64,000 bases of DNA from Ascidiella aspersa (Eukaryota): the NCBI GenBank assembly GCA_963924565.1, contig OZ004608.1, positions 37,324,001 to 37,388,000 on the forward strand. Direction: 5' to 3'. Every line of letters starts with the position of its first letter. Positions within the stretch are counted from its first letter, which is position 1. The notes under the pieces were generated by a model. It saw nothing but the letters and a program-made list of their open reading frames with translations. It did no database searches and was not told where the DNA came from. Made by a program: the position numbers and the translations under genes. Below, piece by piece: positions 38,798-50,800 of the stretch.

Positions 38798-41700
38798 GAG
38801 GCCCACAATACCCATTAAACTCCCCTCCATATGGATTCCGTACCTCTCCCTTGTTGGACGAAACGGTTGTCCGGAGGTGGTAGCTCTCCCATATTCACTC
38901 TAACAAATAATCGGTAGCTTAAAGCATTACCATGGGTATTACTTTTGGTTGTTTTTAATACCAATAATTTTAATCGGAGTTTCTTACCTAAAGAAGCAAA
39001 AAAAAAAATAAATAAAAAAAATATATATAATTCTTCAAAACAATAATTGTTCTGAAGAAACAGCTTAAAGTAACCAACGTTATTGTTACGATGTTTTGCT
39101 CCAGGTGCGAATTCATTAAATCAAACTGAGTTGTATTGCAAATCATATGTCACTTAGGATCTAACCAAAAACCTGCTTTTTCAAGTTATATTATTATGTT
39201 TATTTTTGAGATGTGTATTACCACCTTAAATCTACTTTAAAAAAAGCAATTTACTTTTAATACAGTTTTACCTCCAAATACAATATAATATTTTGGTTGT
39301 TTTCACTTACGTGTATAATTGGTAAAAAAAATCGCCTGTTTAAAATTAATATAAAGTGCTGGAGTTTCGTCGAGAAAAAAAAACTTATTTACAAACCAAT
39401 AAAAATGAAAACTTATTTACAAACCCATAAGAAAACCATAACCAAGGCAATAACACTGATTTATTATAGAATTATAGCTTTCGCATTTATGTTTTTCACA
39501 AATATTGAAAAGCTTTCTTATTTTTTTTTTAAATATATGGGTGTAATTAGTTTTTTCCTATAGACCAGTATATAATAATGAAAAAATTGTATATATACTT
39601 GTCCTCAACATTGAACATAACTTGCGTTATAAAAAAATAACAAAAAAAACACTGCGTCGTCGCTTAGGTGAAGCGTTGTAATTTTCATAATAATATTTTG
39701 ATTCATATTTCAAACGAGAACCAACCAACAAACTAAAGTTTAAACGCAGATTATTTGTTAACGAAAAATAGTTTTTAACCGTTTCTTGGATGCCCGACAA
39801 GAAAAAAAACGACTTTGTACAGAACATTCTAGTAATTAAAAAAAAAAAGTAATTGCATTGTAGACTTCATAAGTAAAATTCAAAGTGTTTGTTTTAAGTT
39901 TTAAGTCAACTGACATCATTTGCTTCAAACTGTGAAAGGGGCTTCTGCAAAAATGTAAATGTAAAAACAATAGAAACGAAATAAACAATTTTGGTTTTTC
40001 ACTGTCTGGTTCTCACGGAGAAACTGAGCTCTTCGTCGCCAACCAACAAATGAAAGTTTAATCGAGGATTACTTAAAACGAAATTTAAGGTTTAAAGATG
40101 TCTTCTTCAAGATTGGCGGAGTTCTGATTGACAAGTCCTAAACCTTGGGTGAGCTTGTCCGATCTAGGAAGTTAAGCTCGAGCTTGGCTTAGATTGGCGG
40201 TTGTAAGAAGACTGTTGTTAGTTGGTTGGTTGTTAATTGGAACGAGTGGAAATTACTGAAAACGGTTGTTTCAACGCATTTTTCTATATTGCAAAGTTAC
40301 AAACATCGCGCCTACAAATAACAACCACCAAAAAACTCGGCTAAAAAAATTAAGACATCTTCGAAAAAAAACGAACTTAAATTAAAAAATACCAAAAAAA
40401 ACTTACAAAAAATAAATTACAAAAAGAACATTTCGTTTTATACTAAGAAATAAAAAAAAATATATATTTTTAGCCAGCCAAAACATTGGCAGTTTGTCCA
40501 AACGCACTTGGAGAAACTGCAAATTATAATTTATTCATTCTGAAGTCATTTTCACAAAAACAGTAGCGTTTGTGGATTCTGAAGATTGGTTTATAAAGTA
40601 CTTCTGGTGAATATACACAGTTCATCTTAAGTTGGATTTCAAAATCAACAATTTTCCCAAAACGACTTCTAAATAACAGGTTGACGACAAGGAGCTTATC
40701 GCAGCCTACAAATAGTTATAAGAACTAGATTTGTCTGTTTGATATAACGCTTGACTATTTATTATGGCGCATTTCACATCATCAGTATTCCCTATCTTAT
40801 AACATAGGGCTAAATCGGCAAAATTGGCCAATTTCGACGCTCATATACCAGCGATTTTTTTCGAATTTTTTTCGACCTGCTCCGATTTGGCTGAAATTTT
40901 CACCAAAGATGCGTTAAGACAATATGAATTCAATGGTAACACTCTTATAGTCCAATTCTTTATAATTAACGAGAAAATGGACATTTTTTATAAAAATTAT
41001 CCAAAAAAACGCGATTTTGGGCGTTTTTTTTAAATCGACCTTCTCCGATTTGAGTGAAACTTTGTGCGTAGATGCGCCTTGGGCGTAGAAACAACATGGT
41101 AAAGTTTCAACCCCCAAACACTTAAAATAAAGCTAAAAATCGACTTTAAACTTTTTTCGATTTTTTTTTTAATTTTTCGAATTTTTGAAAAAAAAATCCC
41201 CCTCAATATTGATCAGTGGTTAATTTTATTTAGTATTCATTATTTATTCTGACAATGTCAGATTTTCTGTGTGCAAATTAACTCAAACGCCAAAAATTGA
41301 TGCTAGCAAGCAACAAAACAATTGACAGCAAGCACTTAACCAAGTAGCCAAATACATTCCCATCCAGTGAAGCTCTTTACGGGAGCAATTTGCTGCGCCC
41401 AAAAGCCACAAGTCGGGTGTTAATAGCTTGTTGTAATGCAAAACCTCTATGTTAAATTAAGGTTATAAACTGTATGAAAAAATTTTCGTTTGTTGGTCGA
41501 AATTGTAGCAAAAATTGCCTAAAACGTTGTTTCAATGAGTTTGGTAAATTGTGAATAATTTGTTTAAGCAAACCATTTGAAAAATCCAGGCCAAGACGTG
41601 CGTTTTTTTAAATAACTAAACAACGTAAACTTTTTTTTTCTTCGCCTGCTGAACTTAGCTGATAGAATGTAAGTTGTAGTAATCGTTTTGGCTCGATTCT

Positions 41701-42094
41701 TCCAACTGAAAAAAAAGGCCGGAAATACCACAACAAAGTTAGTGATGGTCTGAGCCAAGCCCTTTATTAAACCTGTCTCCACCAGGGAACAGGTGCCACC
41801 ACGAAGGTAGGGTCCGAGTTGCAAAGGGGAGTAGGGCATTTTTTTCACGATAATTTTCATTTTTGGAAAAGTAGCCAACTTTTTGTGTAATACGCAAATA
41901 TTTTGGTACCGAATAAGAAGTTATCTAAATGTAAAAAAAGACGTTTTTATTATCTCTATACAATAACGACAGTCTACATTTTTTTAAATTAAAGGTTAAA
42001 AACACTAAAAAATGAACAGGCGGTCAGAAACAGCCTCTGTTTTCTTCAAATAGTTCAGACGGTAATGCCAAGTTTCATCATTCTACTTTTTTTC

Positions 42095-42355
42095 TTCACA
42101 TTTTAATGGTATCGGAATGGTACCCGTGGGTGCCATGTGAAAAGTTGAGCCGGGCAACGTTCATTCCACACTTGATCATATTCTGCAGAACTTTGACTTT
42201 GTTCGAGTGGGCCAATCGTGCAAATAATTGATGTATTGCGGCATGTGATCGGTTCAGAGTCGATGGCCAATGAACAAGCGTGTTCCAGCAAAAGTCAATG
42301 CAGTGACTGGCCTGGAACTTTGGAATTGGTAAAATGCATCGTCGCTTTGTGCCAT
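42095..42355 (-). pseudogene. Pyruvate kinase N-terminal fragment, frameshifted and intron-free
   Basis: [28 protein letters not shown], then after a frameshift [35 protein letters not shown] (pyruvate kinase signature IICTIGP...[12 protein letters not shown]). No further PK sequence recognised. Confidence 0.9.
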
Positions 42356-43936
42356 GCTGATAAATTTAATTGAAGTAATACTTTAAAAGTTTTGATCTAA
42401 TTTGTACTAAGATCTCTCTTATTCAAATAGAACACAGTTTCACAATTTGTATGTGCTGCTAGGTTTATTTAGTAGGTAGGTATAACAGGTAAATGTTTAA
42501 ACCTTTTGTTTGTGGTGGAGGTGGTACAATTTTGACAGCTCGTTTTGTTGCTTTAAATAAAAGTGGTAGGATTCTAGATCAACGCCCTTTTTTCACAAGA
42601 CCATTGTTATTTATAAGTTTAATCACTTTTACATCATAATTTCAATAAACACTTTATTATATAATTGCTATTCACAAATACCGCCGACGATTTTAATAAC
42701 GGTGTCAACAACGAAAATTACCCGGAAATTAATAACACAATGAAGCTCTAATTGTATTTTACTACAAGGTATTTATATTTGGGAAAACACAATAAGACAA
42801 AGCAACAAAACCTAAAGCAGAACAATTTATAAAACCATAGTAATAAAACCAACGACATAATAAAGCCAAACACGCATATTACTGTCCTATACAGAACAAG
42901 ATCAAAATCGTACCCGAATAAGGCCTAAATGGCCAAAATAACGCCTCTGGCGCCGCTTGTTTTGGCACCGGATTTTTGGTCCTGTTTGAGGTTATTGTAG
43001 GTTAATTAGTGGGTTAGAAAGTGGTTTAGGGTTGAAATTATTACGGGAGTTAGAAAAATTCTTAGGGGTTTGGGGTTAGGTAAAGTGTTGTTTAGATCTG
43101 ATTCTTACCATTTAGCTCTTATCCAGACGGATTTATTTATTTATTTCGATTTAAACGTTTTTACGACTAGTATTAGTCCTATTTTGGCCTTATTCCGAAC
43201 TGTGTTTTAATCTAAAGAAAATGTTGAAAATTTTTGCGTTTACGTATAGTTAAGGTTGGCCAAAAATATAGTTCGACAGGTACTCAGGACCACATTTGGC
43301 ACGTGGGCCAGAACCACGCTGGGACAATATAAAAGTTCTAAACCACATGTACTTTTAAAACAAAGTGCAATAAATGTACGGCTATCATGCGGCTCACAAC
43401 TACATGATAACACTAAGCTATTCAAAAGTAACTTGCGGCCCACTAAAAATGGCTCTGCGGCCCACAGTTTGCCGACCACTGTTTTAAAAGAAAAAAAAAA
43501 AATATTTTTTTAAACTCCAATTTAAAATGTGTTTTGTGTGGGTGCACTATGCACGGACCTGTAAATTCATTATCACGCTAAAACAAGTTTACCATCGTAT
43601 TTTAGTAAAATGTATACACGGAATACATTTGAGGTCAGAAATTTATTCGTAAACTAAACCATCACAAATACAGTGCAATATAAATTAGAAACATGCTTAA
43701 ACAAGCGATCAATTGGACGAAACTAGTAAAAGGCGAAAGCGTTAGAGGTCTACTGTTATATAAAAGTGGAAAACAATTATTTTGTTTAAATTAATTGGAC
43801 AATTTCACTTGGTAAATTTTACAAAATTACAGCGGAAAATTTAAGTATACCCAAAATTTTTGGCGTTTGATTTTTTACAAATAGTTTTTAGAGGATTTTT
43901 AGTTTGCGAATTACCGGGAATTAGAAATATACACAA

Positions 43937-44285
43937 TAGGGATGCCAGATATTATAAAATCCGACCAGACATCCGATATCAAGTGGTAGTATCGATACTC
44001 GTCCGATACTAGGATGGTATCGGTGCTGATCAGATACCAAAATTCAACAATGGTTGAAAATCTTTGTAAGTGTTTTTTTGTATTTTGAGGGGAATTTTTT
44101 AAACAGCTTAATTACAATAAAAATAAGTTTCTTAGTAGTTAAGCCAATTTTGCTTAAAAACAGGAAACATTTGGTTTTTCAATTCTAATTCGATTTTGCA
44201 TATTTCCCATAGTGACGTCACGCGGTATTGGTAGTTTTACCACAAATATTAGGTATCGAAACAATTTAAAGTGATTGACATCCCA
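43937..44285. mobile_element. TAGGGATG-ended hAT MITE (another left end at 47909)
   Basis: TAGGGATG...CATCCCA with CCGATA subrepeats. Perfect TSD ATACACAA at 43929-43936 and 44286-44293. Confidence 0.8.
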
Positions 44286-44818
44286 ATACACAAGATACAT
44301 CGATATGAAAACAGAAAACACGCCAACACGTATTTGTGACGTCAGAATGCAATGGTAGATCTACAGTGATGGAACATGTATATGACGTACGGATGCAAAT
44401 GTCATGCAGCATCGTTTACAAGAAGAAAAAATGCATTTTTATGCGATTTTGCGTCAAAAAAACTTGCTCGTAAAGTAAACTGGATTTTGGACGAATAGAA
44501 AATTAAAAAAACGAACGAGTTTAAACGATTTAAAGAAAAATATATCTCATTGAAATAACGATGAAAAAACTTGCACAAAGAAAAAGAAAATTACTTTACA
44601 AAAGCATAGGCGTAAGAAACACTCAAATTTAATTTCAAATAAAACAGTGAGATAAGATTTTAAACATATTTCTAGAAATTAAAAAATGCGCTAAAAAGAT
44701 CAAATTACTTTTAAAAGAACAAACATGAATCCTTAGCGAAACTTTAATTTCAAATACAACAGTAAGAAAGTATATTTAGCTTTTGTTACTTAACAGCCAA
44801 CGCTCGATGACGTCACCA

Positions 44819-47800
44819 TTATTGGTTGGCCTCGTCATCATCGTCGTCGTTTCGGTCCCACGTGATCTTGAGGTGCGTCACAATGGCTTGCGTCATGCCT
44901 TCAATGGTGCGTGACCGCTCGTCCAATCCGGCGAGGGCACGCCTGACTGACTTCACGCGCCCGGAGAGAACATCAAGCTGCGATTCCATTTCTTCGAGTT
45001 TCGACTAAAAAAGATGAAGGTTTTGCCAAATTTGAAGAATTTCGACTAAAAAAGATGAATGTTTTGCCTAATTTGAAGAATTTCGGCTGAAAAGATGAAT
45101 ATTTTGCCAAATTAAAAAAAAAATTCGACTAAAAATGTGAGTGTTTTGCCTAATTTAAAGAATTTCGACTGAAAACATGACTGCATCGCCTAATTTACAC
45201 AATTTCGACTGAAAAACATTATAATTTTGCCTAATTTGAGAAATTTCGGCTGAAAAAATGAATATTTTGCCAAATTAAAAAAAATTCGACTAAAAATATG
45301 AGTGTTTTGCCTAATTTAAAGAATTTCGACTGAAAACATGACTGCATCGCCTAATTTACACAATTTCGACTGAAAAACATTATAATTTTGCCTAATTTGA
45401 GAAATTTCGGCTGAAAAGATGAATATTTTGCCAAATTAAAAAAAAATTCGACTAAAAATATGAGTGTTTTGCCTAATTTAAAGAATTTCGTTTAAAAAAG
45501 ATAAATATTTTGCCTAATTTGAAGAACTTCGGCTGAAACGAAAAATAAAAATCGACTGGAAATATAAGTGTTTCGTCTAAGTCAAAAATTTCGACTTAAA
45601 AAGTGGATGTTTCGCCTGATTAAAAAAAAGAAAAAAAAGGAACTTTATCACGAAAAGTGGAGGTGGTATCTTGTTTATTGTTTATAATTGTTACTATAAA
45701 CAATGGATCCTGTGACACTTTGCTGTGTTAATTGATTGTTGTTAACTGTAATTTCCCTTAATTGTATTTTATGTGTCATTTACTTTTATGTCATGCTTGA
45801 CTGATTCTTATGCATGGCTAATTTTATATGCATGAGTGACTTTATATGCATGAGTGATTTTGTACATGTGGCACTGTGCCAGCATGCTTGCCATTTATGT
45901 TAGTGCTGTCCTAATGTCATTTAGTTGGTGCTGTAGTTGTGTTATCAAGTGTTAGCCTTTGTTGTATGTTCCTACTTATATTTCTTTTAGCTCATCATTA
46001 ACTATATGGATTCATTCGAATTAAGGATGCTTCATGTTAATAATAATAAGTTACTTGTTGTTAAATTATATAACTCTGTGCACTTGTGTGCAACAAGATT
46101 CTTCTCCCCATTGGTGGTTGCTTGAAGATAAGTTTACAGAACACTTTAACCCTAACCCTTACCTTCTCTGGGTCCAAAGCCTCGTTAATCGTGTTGTGGT
46201 TGAGGTTCTCCTCGGAGTACAACCACTGGACAAGTCGCGATCTCTTGCGGTGCTTGTTGGGCGAGAAACTTCGGTATTTCTTCATAAATCTTCGGCGAAT
46301 GAACTGGGGGAGCGTGTATTCGACGTCTAATGTCAGCTGGACCTGGGTGTAAGAATGGTTGGCGTTTAAATCTCTATGTGTGTGTGATAGTGCAATGGCT
46401 GTAAACCGAGGGTCTGCCGTTTTTTACGATACTTTGTGATGAAATATGATATTTTTTTTATGAAATATGATATTTTAGATAAAATGTGATACTGTTGTTA
46501 AAATAAAACATGCCATTTTTTTAATGAAACAAAATATTTTTTAAAACAATATGATATTTTTGATGAAATATGATATTTTTCTAAGGAGTGTAAAAAAAAA
46601 TAAAGTAAACAAACCTGCATCCCCAAACTTTCAAGTTCGGCGTTATCCTGGACAGCTTTGATGTCATCAACAGCCAAACCGACCTACATAATGTACATAA
46701 TGTAAACAATGTACACAGTTAAGATATTTAGGTTGCATATACAATTTACAGAGTTAAGCAGGTGGCGTCTTTAGGGCTTTATTATTTCAAGTTGCGTGTA
46801 TTGTGTAAACGAGTAATTATTAACTATATGTATTAAACCGAACAAGGTTATGTTCATAACAATTTATATAGAAAAAATAGTTTAAATTATCAACAGCTAA
46901 ACCGACCTACACAATGTACAGAGTTAAAAGATCTTAAAGGGACTTGAGGTTTATTGGCACAAGTTCCATTAATATTTTTTATTTACTTTTCATATAACAC
47001 GTAGTCATTTCGATAAACTCAATAAGGATAATCTCATAATTATTTGAATAAAAAAGAGCTCCAATAAATAGTAATTTTGTTATAATTTGCTTAGCGGCAA
47101 CTTATACGCAGTGAAACAACATTCCAAAAATATAAAGCTGAATTGTTTTGTTTGAGCCTGCTTCTTTACGGTCAGTAAACACGTATTAGATACAACAAAA
47201 ATACGTACAATGTTGAACTACCAATATGTGTTGACTGTTAAAAAAATCAATTTGACGTATTAACTCACGAGCAAGTTCATGATGATGATGCTCATGAGAA
47301 TCATGAAGATCACGAAAACGATGTACGTCACAGCTCTGTAGTTCACCTGTGAAAGGAAACGGACAGAATTTTTTTTAGAAAAATAAAATAGGCCAAATAA
47401 TGATCAGTTTTTAGCAACAAAAACTTATCAATAATATCCATTCTTTTTTTTTAAACTATTTATTTTCACTCACCAATACCATAAGTTTTTATAAAGATAT
47501 GTCGGAAATTCACTTTTATTGGATATAATAGTTTTGTTACAGAAATAGAATAATAATTAGAAAAAAATAGAATAAAGTCAGATATAGTTAAAAGAAAGAA
47601 ACAGTATACGGCAATGATTCCAAGCCAGGTACCCTTTCAAGCTTATTTACTCCCCAATTTTTAAGACTGACCTGACAAACAACCTTGCATGGAAATAACC
47701 AGGGCTATGTAATCTATTATTCACAACTTACAGCCGACACGAGCAGAGTGTGAGCATCAGCTCCGGTTTCCTGAGCTTCGACCTCAGCGTTGAAAATTCC

Positions 47801-50800
47801 CTCGAACTCGAACTCACCGATCATCATCACAGATGTCTTCAGGATCGCGTTCCACCACTCGCGGAACGCGTACTACGTCACAATACAACCATTGTTAGCG
47901 GATAGAACTAGGGATGTCCGATAATTAGTATTTTTTTAGAAAGCGATTCCCGATATTAAAATATCGGGAATCGCTTTCTAAAAAAATACTAATTCAAAAA
48001 AAAACAAAAAAAAGCAAAAAACATCGCGATTCGGTTCGATTCCCATTGGCGTTATTGGTTTGCTCAAAGCGAAATAGATAAAGTTGAAACATTCAAAAGT
48101 AATTTTCAATATATCTATTGGCTGTTGGCAACAATCGTCTAAATAAAACGCTGAAAAGTGAATGTGGTAAAACAATGGTTAAGAAATCACGATAAAAGAA
48201 CTCTCAACCACTAGAAAACTTTTAACAGTGTTGTGTTCTGAGTGCCCTGTGTTGAAAAAAGCATGACATCTAACAGAACATCGATTTAACATTGGTACAT
48301 AATTGTATTCCAGTTGTTTGCCAAGATTTCGTAATAAACAGTCAGTGAAATACGTAAAATAATTTGGTACCGGATGGGCAACGATACCAGTCAAACATCG
48401 GACAAGTATCGATGCCAATGCTTGGCGTGGCTCATCGGCTTCCATCTTATATTATCCGGCATTTGGTGCAAACCTCGGAAACGAGTTTAGTATTTTAAGA
48501 TGTTTGTGTCGAGAAACAGCGAATCCCACAGCGGGGATTCGATCATAGCGCATTTCTATAGTTAGGGAAATTACATACCAGTAGTTGTTAACCAATATGG
48601 GTCAAATAAAAATCGTTTGGGGCGGGAATCGAACTCATGATAATTTGATCACTTCTCAAACCGATTCAGTTTTTAAGCGACTTGGACGGGATTCGAACCC
48701 AATACCCTCGGAACATACCTGGTTCTGCAGGAGGCAATAGAATCCGAGTCCGAAGGCAAATATAAAGAGGACAAATACAACGAAGAAGGATATAAAGGTC
48801 CGGAGGACGTCGTTGAACATGAGGACGTAGATCCCGAATCTCGGGAGGTTCTGGATGAACATGACGAGTCCGATCCACGAGAGGAAGACTGCTACAGCTC
48901 CGCACTGCCACTGCCAAGCCTGGGTTGCAACATCGTTAACAGTGAATGTTTGCTCGCTATAGCAATGATTGTACAGACATTGAGAACAATGGTATTGTGA
49001 ACAATTATACGATTATAAAACTGCCGATGTTTTAAAGAAACGCCCGGTAAATTGTCGATACTAAATTGGCACCATATTGTTATTTATCAAAATAGAAAAG
49101 CTATTTAAGCAGGTCAAAAGGCATTTCTTCTCATTTCTTCTATGTCCAATATATTTTTAAGTTTACTACGTTTTCAAAAAGATTTATTTTTTAATTAAAC
49201 TTCAGGAAACCTAGCGAATCTAAAGCTAATGCGAAAAACAGTTATTAGACACACCAAAATCGAATTTTTCCCCAATTTGATTAAACTAATCTGGCAGAGA
49301 AATTGACCTCATTGCCCATTTGAAATTATGTTTGCGAAGAAAACAAATTCGGTCACCTTTTTTGTAAAACAAATTAAATGGCAAAAATAAAATTTTCAAG
49401 TGGTGTAGTTTAGAAACAAAAGAAGAAATGGAATTGATGCTGTAAAGGTCCAAGGGCAGCAGAAATTGTTAAGTACCAGTGTGTAGCAAACAGCAAGCTG
49501 TGAACCTATAGCCGACTCGACAAAATAAATTTTTGTCAGTTATTATATTTTCTTTTCGCCTTTGCGACGTCAAAAGATTACCTTCAGAAGACGAACTTTA
49601 AAATCTGTTTCTTGATTTTTTGTAAAAACTAGTTCTGGTTCTCACCTCTCTAATGCCCGGGTTTTGTGCGTTGGTGTCATTGGATTGAACAGCTAGAATC
49701 GCGAGGATGTAGAGCGATAATTCCAACAGGTTGGTGGCGGATGTGACGTAATAAAAGTGTTGCTTGTACATCTGGTACAACTGAAAAACAATATTCACAA
49801 AGTATAAAAAACTAGTTTTTATTGCATCCTCAATACTACGACTGTTTATCATAACACATTTTCTTGGATCTTTTTGTTCAATATAATTTTTACAATTTTT
49901 TGTGTCTTCCATTTTAAACAAAATACCTGACTTTTTATTAATAGATACCAAACAGGAATTACGTATATATTCGGTCAAAAAATCAGAAAATAATTTGTTT
50001 TTTAAATATAGCCTATAATAAAAAAAATGGAAAGCAGACAAACTATAATTGGTTGTGAAATTAGTAACATCATACAATTCGTCAGTAATTATTCATAACA
50101 CCCACCAGGAAACGTTTTAAATTAAAATAACATGGCCAAGACATAATAAGAAACTGTGACGTCATAAATAGGTACCATTTTAAGGTAAACAAGCGGTTAA
50201 AATACCTCCTTTGCCAAGCCGAAGCCTGCCAGCACGTATGTTATGTAGCTCGCTATTCTTCCCCATGTATAAGTGTGACAAGCTCCGAATACAGATTGAG
50301 CCTCGGTGATCACAGATATACAAGTTGCGTTGCTAATACTCTGGTCTGTAATTAAAATGCAGTTTGTAAAGTTGGGATTGGTAAATTAGCATACCTATGC
50401 TATTAAGCCAAAAAATAAAAAAATATAAGGCAATTAAAGTGTTTACTACGCAAAAGCTATTTTATAACACTGTAAGCAATAATATGCTATGACAAAATAC
50501 TTGAATCTATATTTTTTAAATGTCTTGACTTGACTGGAGTCGTTGGGAAAATTGACTTGACATGAAATTAAGTTATTGAGCAGAATGACTTAACCTATTT
50601 TATTACATAATCTGTTGATAATTGTCTCATTATTCTTAACTTTGTAGACGTAAAACATTTTGTTCTGCTTAATGTTTAGTTCCGGCCTTGCTATGCGAAA
50701 TATTGCTCAGAATGTAATAGGTTAGACATTTTAACAATTTGAAAGCATTCCAAATGTAACAGAAACTTGACTTGACTTGACTTGCAATTTGTTTCGAAAA

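Noticed and set aside
39940-40720. Slightly GC-richer patches with acceptor-like ends on the minus strand
   Set aside because: No sustained open frame or motif; cannot support a gene.
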